DNA from: Phallusia mammillata
Taxonomy: Eukaryota
Direction: 5' to 3'
Length of the DNA stretch: 64,000 nucleotides
NCBI GenBank assembly: GCA_965637545.1
Contig: OZ281498.1
Location: 9,052,001-9,116,000, forward strand
The translations under genes were made by a program, and so were the position numbers. The notes below the pieces were generated by a model. The model saw only the letters and a program-made list of their open reading frames with translations, was not told the origin of the DNA and made no database searches. How positions within the stretch are numbered: the stretch's first letter is position 1; each line of letters starts with the position of its first letter. This document shows positions 23,716 through 35,400 of this stretch, piece by piece.

Positions 23716-26700
23716 CGATCGCTGCTCGCTTTAGCGCCTGGTATGTTTGACTTCTACGCATCGTGTCGAGGCACAATGGTCTTGGCTGGGGTAGACTGAG
23801 TCGTCGATCGCTGCTCGTTTTAGCGCCTGGTATGTTTGACTTCTACGCATCGTGTCGAGGCACAATGGTCTTGGCTAGGGTAGACTGAGTCGTCGGTCGC
23901 TGCTCGTTGTAGCGCCTGGTATGTTTGACTTCTACGCGTCGTGTCGAGGGGCATTAGTCGTGGCTGGGGTAGACTGGGCCGTCGATCGCTGCTCGCTTTC
24001 GAACCTTGTGTGTTTGCTTGACTTCTACGCATCATATCGCGGCGCAATAGTCGTGGCTGGGGTAGACTGGGCCGTCGATCGCTGCTCGCTTTCGAACCTT
24101 GTGTGTTTGCTTGACTTCTACGCATCATATCGCGGCGCAATAGTCGTGGCTGGGGTAGACTGGGCCGTCGATCGCTGCTCGCTTTAGCGCCTGGTATGTT
24201 TGACTTCTACGCATCGTGTCGAGGCGCAATGGTCGTGGTTTGGGCAGATTGGGTCTACGATCGCTGCTCGCTTTAGCGCCTGGTATGTTTGACTTCTACG
24301 CATCGTGTCGAGGCGCAATGGTCGTGGTTTGGGCAGACTGGACGGCGATCGCTGCTCGCTTTCGAACCTTGTGTGTTTGCTTGACTTCTACGCATCATAT
24401 CGCGGCGCAATGGTCGTGGCTGGGGTAGACTGGGTGGTCGATCGCTGCTCGCTTTCGAACCTTGTGTGTTTGCTTGACTTCTACGCATCATATCGCGGCG
24501 CAATAGTCGTGGCTGGGGTAGACTGGGCCGTCGATCGCTGCTCGCTTTCGAACCTTGTGTGTTTGCTTGACTTCGACGCATCATATCGCGGCGCAATAGT
24601 CGTGGCTGGGGTAGACTGGGCCGTCGATCGCTGCTCGCTTTCGAACCTTGTGTGTTTGCTTGACTTCTACGCATCATATCGCGGCGCAATAGTCGTGGCT
24701 GGGGTAGACTGGGCCGTCGATCGCTGCTCGCTTTCGAACCTTGTGTGTTTGCTTGACTTCTACGCATCATATCGCGGCGCAATAGTCGTGGATGGGGTAG
24801 ACTGTGCCGTCGATCGCTGCTCGCTTTCGAACCTTGTGTGTTTGCTTGACTTCTACGCATCATATCGCGGCGCAATAGTCGTGGCTGGGGTAGACTGGGC
24901 CGTCGATCGCTGCTCGCTTTCGAACCTTGTGTGTTTGCTTGACTTCTACGCATCATATCGCGGCGCAATAGTCGTGGCTGGGGTAGACTGGGCCGTCGAT
25001 CGCTGCTCGCTTTCGAACCTTGTGTGTTTGCTTGACTTCTACGCATCATATCGCGGCGCAATAGTCGTGGCTGGGGTAGACTGGGCCGTCGATCGCTTCT
25101 CGCTTTCGAACCTTGTGTGTTTGCTTGACTTCTACGCATCATATCGCGGCGCAATAGTCGTGGCTGGGGTAGACTGGGCCGTCGATCGCTGCTCGCTTTA
25201 GCGCCTGGTATGTTTGACTTCTACGCATCGTGTCGAGGCGCAATGGTCGTGGTTTGGGCAGACTGGGCCGTCGATCGCTGCTCGCTTTCGAACCTTGTGT
25301 GTTTGCTTGACTTCTACGCATCATATCGCGGCGCAATGGTCGTGGCTGGGGTAGACTGGGCCGTCGATCGCTGCTCGCTTTCGAACCTTGTGTGTTTGCT
25401 TGACTTCTACGCATCATATCGCGGCGCAATAGTCGTGGCTGGGGTAGACTGGGCCGTCGATCGCTGCTCGCTTTCGAACCTTGTGTGTTTGCTTGACTTC
25501 TACGCATCATATCGCGGCGCAATAGTCGTGGCTGGGGTAGACTGGGCCGTCGATCGCTGCTCGCTTTCGAACCTTGTGTGTTTGCTTGACTTCTACGCAT
25601 CATATCGCGGCGCAATAGTCGTGGCTGGGGTAGACTGGGCCGTCGATCGCTGCTCGCTTTAGCGCCTGGTATGTTTGACTTCTACGCATCGTGTCGAGGC
25701 GCAATAGTCGTGGCTGGGGTAGACTGGGCCGTCGATCGCTGCTCGCTTTCGAACCTTGTGTGTTTGCTTGACTTCTACGCATCATATCGCGGCGCAATAG
25801 TCGTGGCTGGGGTAGACTGGGCCGTCGATCGCTGCTCGCTTTCGAACCTTGTGTGTTTGCTTGACTTCTACGCATCATATCGCGGCGCAATAGTCGTGGC
25901 TGGGGTAGACTGGGCCGTCGATCGCTTCTCGCTTTCGAACCTTGTGTGTTTGCTTGACTTCTACGCATCATATCGCGGCGCAATAGTCGTGGCTGGGGTA
26001 GACTGGGCCGTCGATCGCTGCTCGCTTTAGCGCCTGGTATGTTTGACTTCTACGCATCGTGTCGAGGCGCAATGGTCGTGGTTTGGGCAGACTGGGCCGT
26101 CGATCGCTGCTCGCTTTCGAACCTTGTGTGTTTGCTTGACTTCTACGCATCATATCGCGGCGCAATGGTCGTGGCTGGGGTAGACTGGGTGGTCGATCGC
26201 TGCTCGCTTTCGAACCTTGTGTGTTTGCTTGACTTCTACGCATCATATCGCGGCGCAATAGTCGTGGCTGGGGTAGACTGGGCCGTCGATCGCTGCTCGC
26301 TTTCGAACCTTGTGTGTTTGCTTGACTTCTACGCATCATATCGCGGCGCAATAGTCGTGGCTGGGGTAGACTGGGCCGTCGATCGCTGCTCGCTTTCGAA
26401 CCTTGTGTGTTTGCTTGACTTCTACGCATCATATCGCGGCGCAATAGTCGTGGCTGGGGTAGACTGGGCCGTCGATCGCTGCTCGCTTTAGCGCCTGGTA
26501 TGTTTGACTTCTACGCATCGTGTCGAGGCGCAATGGTCGTGGTTTGGGCAGATTGGGTCTACGATCGCTGCTCGCTTTAGCGCCTGGTATGTTTGACTTC
26601 TACGCATCGTGTCGAGGCGCAATGGTCGTGGTTTGGGCAGACTGGACGGCGATCGCTGCTCGCTTTCGAACCTTGTGTGTTTGCTTGACTTCTACGCATC

Positions 26701-29700
26701 ATATCGCGGCGCAATGGTCGTGGCTGGGGTAGACTGGGTGGTCGATCGCTGCTCGCTTTCGAACCTTGTGTGTTTGCTTGACTTCTACGCATCATATCGC
26801 GGCGCAATAGTCGTGGCTGGGGTAGACTGGGCCGTCGATCGCTGCTCGCTTTCGAACCTTGTGTGTTTGCTTGACTTCGACGCATCATATCGCGGCGCAA
26901 TAGTCGTGGCTGGGGTAGACTGGGCCGTCGATCGCTGCTCGCTTTCGAACCTTGTGTGTTTGCTTGACTTCTACGCATCATATCGCGGCGCAATAGTCGT
27001 GGCTGGGGTAGACTGGGCCGTCGATCGCTGCTCGCTTTCGAACCTTGTGTGTTTGCTTGACTTCTACGCATCATATCGCGGCGCAATAGTCGTGGCTGGG
27101 GTAGACTGGGCCGTCGATCGCTGCTCGCTTTAGCGCCTGGTATGTTTGACTTCTACGCATCGTGTCGAGGCGCAATGGTCGTGGTTTGGGCAGATTGGGT
27201 CTACGATCGCTGCTCGCTTTAGCGCCTGGTATGTTTGACTTCTACGCATCGTGTCGAGGCGCAATGGTCGTGGTTTGGGCAGACTGGACGGCGATCGCTG
27301 CTCGCTTTCGAACCTTGTGTGTTTGCTTGACTTCTACGCATCATATCGCGGCGCAATGGTCGTGGCTGGGGTAGACTGGGTGGTCGATCGCTGCTCGCTT
27401 TCGAACCTTGTGTGTTTGCTTGACTTCTACGCATCATATCGCGGCGCAATAGTCGTGGCTGGGGTAGACTGGGCCGTCGATCGCTGCTCGCTTTCGAACC
27501 TTGTGTGTTTGCTTGACTTCGACGCATCATATCGCGGCGCAATAGTCGTGGCTGGGGTAGACTGGGCCGTCGATCGCTGCTCGCTTTCGAACCTTGTGTG
27601 TTTGCTTGACTTCTACGCATCATATCGCGGCGCAATAGTCGTGGCTGGGGTAGACTGGGCCGTCGATCGCTGCTCGCTTTCGAACCTTGTGTGTTTGCTT
27701 GACTTCTACGCATCATATCGCGGCGCAATAGTCGTGGATGGGGTAGACTGTGCCGTCGATCGCTGCTCGCTTTCGAACCTTGTGTGTTTGCTTGACTTCT
27801 ACGCATCATATCGCGGCGCAATAGTCGTGGCTGGGGTAGACTGGGCCGTCGATCGCTGCTCGCTTTCGAACCTTGTGTGTTTGCTTGACTTCTACGCATC
27901 ATATCGCGGCGCAATAGTCGTGGCTGGGGTAGACTGGGCCGTCGATCGCTGCTCGCTTTCGAACCTTGTGTGTTTGCTTGACTTCTACGCATCATATCGC
28001 GGCGCAATAGTCGTGGCTGGGGTAGACTGGGCCGTCGATCGCTTCTCGCTTTCGAACCTTGTGTGTTTGCTTGACTTCTACGCATCATATCGCGGCGCAA
28101 TAGTCGTGGCTGGGGTAGACTGGGCCGTCGATCGCTGCTCGCTTTAGCGCCTGGTATGTTTGACTTCTACGCATCGTGTCGAGGCGCAATGGTCGTGGTT
28201 TGGGCAGACTGGGCCGTCGATCGCTGCTCGCTTTCGAACCTTGTGTGTTTGCTTGACTTCTACGCATCATATCGCGGCGCAATGGTCGTGGCTGGGGTAG
28301 ACTGGGCCGTCGATCGCTGCTCGCTTTCGAACCTTGTGTGTTTGCTTGACTTCTACGCATCATATCGCGGCGCAATAGTCGTGGCTGGGGTAGACTGGGC
28401 CGTCGATCGCTGCTCGCTTTCGAACCTTGTGTGTTTGCTTGACTTCTACGCATCATATCGCGGCGCAATAGTCGTGGCTGGGGTAGACTGGGCCGTCGAT
28501 CGCTGCTCGCTTTCGAACCTTGTGTGTTTGCTTGACTTCTACGCATCATATCGCGGCGCAATAGTCGTGGCTGGGGTAGACTGGGCCGTCGATCGCTGCT
28601 CGCTTTAGCGCCTGGTATGTTTGACTTCTACGCATCGTGTCGAGGCGCAATAGTCGTGGCTGGGGTAGACTGGGCCGTCGATCGCTGCTCGCTTTCGAAC
28701 CTTGTGTGTTTGCTTGACTTCTACGCATCATATCGCGGCGCAATAGTCGTGGCTGGGGTAGACTGGGCCGTCGATCGCTGCTCGCTTTCGAACCTTGTGT
28801 GTTTGCTTGACTTCTACGCATCATATCGCGGCGCAATAGTCGTGGCTGGGGTAGACTGGGCCGTCGATCGCTTCTCGCTTTCGAACCTTGTGTGTTTGCT
28901 TGACTTCTACGCATCATATCGCGGCGCAATAGTCGTGGCTGGGGTAGACTGGGCCGTCGATCGCTGCTCGCTTTAGCGCCTGGTATGTTTGACTTCTACG
29001 CATCGTGTCGAGGCGCAATGGTCGTGGTTTGGGCAGACTGGGCCGTCGATCGCTGCTCGCTTTCGAACCTTGTGTGTTTGCTTGACTTCTACGCATCATA
29101 TCGCGGCGCAATGGTCGTGGCTGGGGTAGACTGGGCCGTCGATCGCTGCTCGCTTTCGAACCTTGTGTGTATGTTTGACTTCTACGCGTCGTGTCGAGGG
29201 GCATTAGTCGTGGCTGGGGTAGACTGGGCCGTCGATCGCTGCTCGCTTTCGAACCTTGTGTGTTTGCTTGACTTCTACGCATCATATCGCGGCGCAATAG
29301 TCGTGGCTGGGGTAGACTGGGCCGTCGATCGCTGCTCGCTTTCGAACCTTGTGTGTTTGCTTGACTTCTACGCATCATATCGCGGCGCAATAGTCGTGGC
29401 TGGGGTAGACTGGGCCGTCGATCGCTGCTCGCTTTAGCGCCTGGTATGTTTGACTTCTACGCATCGTGTCGAGGCGCAATGGTCGTGGTTTGGGCAGATT
29501 GGGTCTACGATCGCTGCTCGCTTTAGCGCCTGGTATGTTTGACTTCTACGCATCGTGTCGAGGCGCAATGGTCGTGGTTTGGGCAGACTGGACGGCGATC
29601 GCTGCTCGCTTTCGAACCTTGTGTGTTTGCTTGACTTCTACGCATCATATCGCGGCGCAATGGTCGTGGCTGGGGTAGACTGGGCCGTCGATCGCTGCTC

Positions 29701-31200
29701 GCTTTCGAACCTTGTGTGTTTGCTTGACTTCTACGCATCATATCGCGGCGCAATAGTCGTGGCTGGGGTAGACTGGGCCGTCGATCGCTGCTCGCTTTCG
29801 AACCTTGTGTGTTTGCTTGACTTCGACGCATCATATCGCGGCGCAATAGTCGTGGCTGGGGTAGACTGGGCCGTCGATCGCTGCTCGCTTTCGAACCTTG
29901 TGTGTTTGCTTGACTTCTACGCATCATATCGCGGCGCAATAGTCGTGGCTGGGGTAGACTGGGCCGTCGATCGCTGCTCGCTTTCGAACCTTGTGTGTTT
30001 GCTTGACTTCTACGCATCATATCGCGGCGCAATAGTCGTGGATGGGGTAGACTGTGCCGTCGATCGCTGCTCGCTTTCGAACCTTGTGTGTTTGCTTGAC
30101 TTCTACGCATCATATCGCGGCGCAATAGTCGTGGCTGGGGTAGACTGGGCCGTCGATCGCTGCTCGCTTTCGAACCTTGTGTGTTTGCTTGACTTCTACG
30201 CATCATATCGCGGCGCAATAGTCGTGGCTGGGGTAGACTGGGCCGTCGATCGCTGCTCGCTTTCGAACCTTGTGTGTTTGCTTGACTTCTACGCATCATA
30301 TCGCGGCGCAATAGTCGTGGCTGGGGTAGACTGGGCCGTCGATCGCTTCTCGCTTTCGAACCTTGTGTGTTTGCTTGACTTCTACGCATCATATCGCGGC
30401 GCAATAGTCGTGGCTGGGGTAGACTGGGCCGTCGATCGCTGCTCGCTTTAGCGCCTGGTATGTTTGACTTCTACGCATCGTGTCGAGGCGCAATGGTCGT
30501 GGTTTGGGCAGACTGGGCCGTCGATCGCTGCTCGCTTTCGAACCTTGTGTGTTTGCTTGACTTCTACGCATCATATCGCGGCGCAATGGTCGTGGCTGGG
30601 GTAGACTGGGCCGTCGATCGCTGCTCGCTTTCGAACCTTGTGTGTTTGCTTGACTTCTACGCATCATATCGCGGCGCAATAGTCGTGGCTGGGGTAGACT
30701 GGGCCGTCGATCGCTGCTCGCTTTCGAACCTTGTGTGTTTGCTTGACTTCTACGCATCATATCGCGGCGCAATAGTCGTGGCTGGGGTAGACTGGGCCGT
30801 CGATCGCTGCTCGCTTTCGAACCTTGTGTGTTTGCTTGACTTCTACGCATCATATCGCGGCGCAATGGTCGTGGCTGGGGTAGACTGGGCCGTCGATCGC
30901 TGCTCGCTTTCGAACCTTGTGTGTTTGCTTGACTTCTAATCATCATATCGCGGCGCAATAGTCGTGGCTGGGGTAGACTGGGCCGTCGATCGCTGCTCGC
31001 TTTCGAACCTTGTGTGTTTGCTTGACTTCTTTGCATATCGTCGAGAAGCAGTAGTCGTGGCTGTTGTAGACTGGGCGGTCGCTTTCGAATCTTGCGTGTT
31101 TGCACTGACTTTTGCGCATCATGTCGAGGCGCAGTAGACTGGGTCGTCGATCGCTGCTCGCTTTTAAACGTGGTGTGTTTGCACTAAATTCTAGGCATCA
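23716..31200 (+). repeat. CpG-rich satellite array (93-bp A and 88/89-bp B monomers) with a 2304-bp higher-order repeat
   Basis: A monomer TCGAACCTTGTGTGTTTGCTTGACTTCTACGCATCATATCGCGGCGCAATAGTCGTGGCTGGGGTAGACTGGGCCGTCGATCGCTGCTCGCTT; B monomer starts TAGCGCCTGGTATG; HOR starts at 24185, 26489 (partial, 642 bp), 27131 and 29435. Confidence 0.97.
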
Positions 31201-31530
31201 TGTCGAGGCAAACGAAGTATGGATTAGATGTTGTTTCGCTGAACATTCGTATGTTGGACAGGACGTTGTTTTGCATTGTAGAAAAGCTGAAACTCATTTT
31301 AAGTCGAAAATGAAAACGGCTCGACAAATACTACTGCGTTTCAGTGACGGCGTTGATGCATCGTTGACATGCCTTTGGTTAATAAGTTATAGTGTGTTAT
31401 CTTAAACGTTACTTCTGAATTGATGATTGGTGTTTTTCTTGTATAGGTTGCACCAAATGCTAAAGCAAGACAGCGAATTAGTTAAATATTTCAAATTTTC
31501 GCTTCAGTCTTGAGTTTTTCCGCACTTAAA

Positions 31531-31737
31531 ATGGATGGGGATGACGGTAATGACATTCTGTTGGAAGAATCGTACGAATCTGATGGATTTTTCCGCACTA
31601 TTCGGGTGTGGACAGTTGTAATAGAAAATGGAACCCTTCAACGCCATGAAGAACTTCGCGCATTCGTTGACCAAGATACATTTACATATGCTGGTCAACC
31701 ACTCTGCTGTCCTACTGGAGATGAGATTGCCGAATAG
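31531..31737 (+). CDS. Uncharacterised 68-aa acidic microprotein, paralog 2
   Basis: MDGDDGNDILLEESYESDGFFRTIRVWTVVIENGTLQRHEELRAFVDQDTFTYAGQPLCCPTGDEIAE; AAAATG start at 31531 (the TTG at 31510 in the ORF track is probably UTR); 57/68 identical to paralog 3. Confidence 0.8.
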   Translation: MDGDDGNDILLEESYESDGFFRTIRVWTVVIENGTLQRHEELRAFVDQDTFTYAGQPLCCPTGDEIAE

Positions 31738-34529
31738 ACTGAAAAAATTGGGATCCGTTCTGGTGCTGAGAAACAATCGCAGAGAAAGATTTAATTGTAA
31801 TCATTTTTTGCAAACGCCATTCCATTAAGTTCACCTTCAAAACAATGACTGGGGTTGAAACTGTTGTTTTCAAAAGGTCAACAATTCGAAATTTATTTAA
31901 TTTTTAACCTTTATCCCAGATCTGCCGACCGTGTTCGATTTTTTTCAAAACCTGTCTGTGCTTCATTGATTTTTTGTGTATTTTTTTCCATGTTCCAAAG
32001 GGACTGCAGCTGCTTGAAGCGATTTTTCACCAATGATGAAGTTCCAATTGTATGTTTGTATGGTCGCTGAAAGCTAATTAATGTACGTGGTAGCGCATTG
32101 TGTAAGTTTATTTATGCGAATGTCAAATTTTTACAGACATTAATTGAATCTCTATTATCATCATTTTTATTTCTTCACCAATCATCTTTAGATTGGATGA
32201 AACAATGTTATATATCCATTCTTAAATTGCTATCTATGTCAAGCATTTTTCCCTCCTCATCACTCTTGGAGTTGTGAAATTTACCAAGTGCTATAACGTA
32301 GTTGCCTGGTTTTCTCAACTTTTTTCAAAATTTCCAGCTTGAATTTGTATTTGATGCTTGCGTAACATGGATTGTGCGTTGGTTTTAGGAATGTATATTG
32401 ATAGTAAAGCTGTTCTACAAACATTCCAAGTAATCTAATATTGTATAAAATGAGTTTTATATTTTATGAAATATTTGGTATGAAGTTTCATAGATGAATT
32501 AACTACAAGGCATTTAATAAGAAGACAGTTTTATGGATTTTTAGCCTGATTATTATTTTTTAAATATTTTGCTGTTTGTCATGTACAAAATGTTGCTTTG
32601 TTCTTTTAGTGCTTCATAATACAACATTGCTGTTTTAAAACGCGTGATAAGCATTTTAAAACAAGCACTAAGAGTCATGAGAGATTCACAGCACGTGTCG
32701 TTGCATTTTTGAACTTCTATCAATTTTATGTTACAATATACACGTTTTTAAATGGTTACAAACACAGATATTGGTGCTTTGATTATTATTTTACAATTTA
32801 AAGCCTTAAGCGACAAACTTTTCGTTTTACAACCGATACGTTTGCATTATTTTGCCATGTCCAACGCAAAAACAAACATTTTTGGCACATAGAAATGTAG
32901 CATAACTAATCGAATGAAAAAACTCTTGAATTTGTGATCATGTGATTTTTTTGCTTCCACTTGCTAAGTGGAAGCTACCAACGTGAGAACTCAATTCACA
33001 AAAGATTGCGAAGTACCCATAGGTGGCGCAAAGAGCATTACGAATAAAAACAAAATTGTGTGAAAATGCTGACGGTAAGTATGCGGGTTGGGGTGATGTT
33101 ATACAAAAAAAGTAACATTAAAACTTACATAAAACTTGGTTCCTAACGTTTAATTTATTTTCTGAAGCTGAAACAATTGTACGCTTTTTACGCCCTCTAT
33201 CGGAATTTATCAAAATTTTCTGATTTTAGATCCAATTTTAATAGTACTGAGTAAAATTGGTTGACAAAACTCGTGTTACGTTCTTTGTCAATACGCGTCC
33301 TCAGACAAGACAAACTTCCTGGTTTCACACCTGGCCTGGCCTTGCCCGCTGGTTGGCTTGCTCGTAATTTAAAGAAATGTTCAGCAAAAAGTTATTGATC
33401 GACGCCAAAGTTTTTTAACTAAGTAATACAGACATTACTGTCGTCTACTAGGATGCTGGTCACGTGAGCGCTGTGGTCAATCAGAGACGACAATTTAGTT
33501 CCAGGTGAGGTGGTGACGTAAAGTAAAGTCCATCGCACATACAACATAAATAATAAACTACCAATTAGCATTTTTAAACGATCGATATTTTATTTGCTGA
33601 GTACCCATCAGTAAATTTACTCCCATTGCGTGATAATTGTCAATACCATCGTTGTGGTGTTCATAGCGCAGTGCACTGCAAGTAAATGTCTTTCACTACA
33701 GTGTGTGTATTTCAACACAAGTTGTTGAAGCATCAGCATAAAGCCGATAAACATAAAACGAAAAACCTTTTATAGCACAAAATTCTTGGAACGGAATTCA
33801 TACACACACAGAAGGACACTAAGTTATCGGCAGGCGCATAACTGGATACAGAAAAAAATATCACTTAAAAATCAATTAACTTTGAACAACCAGAATAACA
33901 AAAGCAGGTGCTTAGAAATAATATCGCTGTCAAGAGTCAATATGGTAATACATTATTCCAAAATTTACTGTACATTTTATGTGCTTTAATAATTAAATTT
34001 TAAAATCTTCTAAAACAAGAATCATAGCCGTAAAATACAAAACATCTTGTTTCAGGTACCAGTTTTTTTTAGCGGGGACCACGCAGAATAAAGCTTTTAC
34101 ATCCGACCAAATTGTGTTTGTGGTACTCCATTTTTCTCCTAACATCCAGAGGCGCAGTTGAAAAGTTGGCAAACACCCACCTGTCTCGGGCGGAGCGGAG
34201 TTCCAGTAAGCGATCGGGACCGACCGAGTTCGGGCCGGGTTCGGGCTCCAATTTCAAGCCTGTTTACAACTCTGATCCGACAAAATTGTGTCACTCCATC
34301 AAGATTTTGGTGTAACACAAGCCAACTCAACCCAAAACGAGTTATATATAGCGAACTGCCAGTGTGACGGAACGGGCTTGCTCTGTTTAAACAAAAGATC
34401 CTCACAGGCTGGAGGAGCGAAGATTTAGTTTCTTTTTGAGCGTTACTTTTTTCTTTGCAGTCGGTCTGTAGTTCAGATTGCGCTCGAGTCTTGTCCAAAT
34501 GGTTCGAGTTCTGCTGACAAGAAGCAGCA

Positions 34530-35400
34530 TTAGTTTGCTAAAACGACGGCTAGGCTATTCTACACAAAGGCTAGTTTTCGTATTTTATTGAAGTAAGTAT
34601 TAAAATATTTATACTTTTCTGTATGGTTGGGTTATAGTTGCAATTTTTTTTATCCCAAAATGATTGAAGCTGTTCACGGGAATGTATAAATAGAAAAGAG
34701 AAGTCAGCTGTGCAACAGCAAAATGTAAAATGTTCATTGCAGTATGATCGTGTGGGGCAGGGCCAGTGTTTAGTTATGTTATTTTAAGCTCTTTTAGGAC
34801 AATTGCACGGCTTTAGCATCACGCCGACATCGACTCGATTTAAACTACATTCGGGGCAATATTGGCGTCGAGTTCCCGTGAGCACATAGCTTGTTTCATC
34901 ATATGTTACTAAGCAAGTAGCGTCGCTGAGTACAAAGGTAGCGACGGTTGTGAGGTTTGATATGTGGCATCTTTCTAAGTCAGCATTGAGGCTTCTGCGA
35001 TACATAAAACATTTTCGCGGCACCTAACACTATCAACAGGCCGATTCAGTTAAGCCTAAATAAACGCTTGGATTTAGATCTGAATTAACACTCCGCCAAA
35101 TTTGTCCTCTAATTTTACGAGAGTAAATCAAACATTATTGGTCATTATCCTTTTGTTCTTCTCGTTGGCCGTTGGTTGGTGTCAACACACGTAAAAATGT
35201 ATTGAAGCGACAATGAACAACCACCGATACTTTCACTAATGAGCTGTGCAGCGCTTTTTGGAAATCAGTAGAAGCCTACCTAACGTATCCTAAAATGCAT
35301 TTAAGTTGTTAACCAACACAATTTTTGCCCCAACTTGCGATTTGCTGGCGGTCGCGCTTTAGGCTAGATCCACACACACGCTCGCGCGCCAGCGCACAGT
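34530..35400. repeat. Dispersed duplicated block, homologous to 38130-39080 and more weakly to ~6550-6970
   Basis: Shared blocks include AAAATATTTATACTTTTCTGTATGG, GCAATATTGGCGTCGA.TTCCCG, TGGCATCTTTCTAAGTCAGC and TGTGCAGCGCTTTTT(T)GGAAATCAGT. Confidence 0.8.

Noticed and set aside
24362-24454. Hammerhead ribozyme in the satellite monomer, as known for some animal satellites
   Set aside because: No CUGANGA core on either strand; only an isolated GAAA.
21640-31200. CRISPR-like repeat-spacer array
   Set aside because: There are no unique spacers and no cas genes, and the context is eukaryotic; it is a tandem satellite.
23820-31405. Dozens of 70-298 aa ORFs in the ORF track
   Set aside because: They are by-products of a 93-bp (31-codon) stop-free satellite monomer. 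They occur on both strands, are broken by B monomers, and the recurrent variants are nonsynonymous.
33015-33030. CTCF-like TAGGTGGCGC motif (also at ~38105)
   Set aside because: Only a partial match, and the two copies are explained by local duplication.
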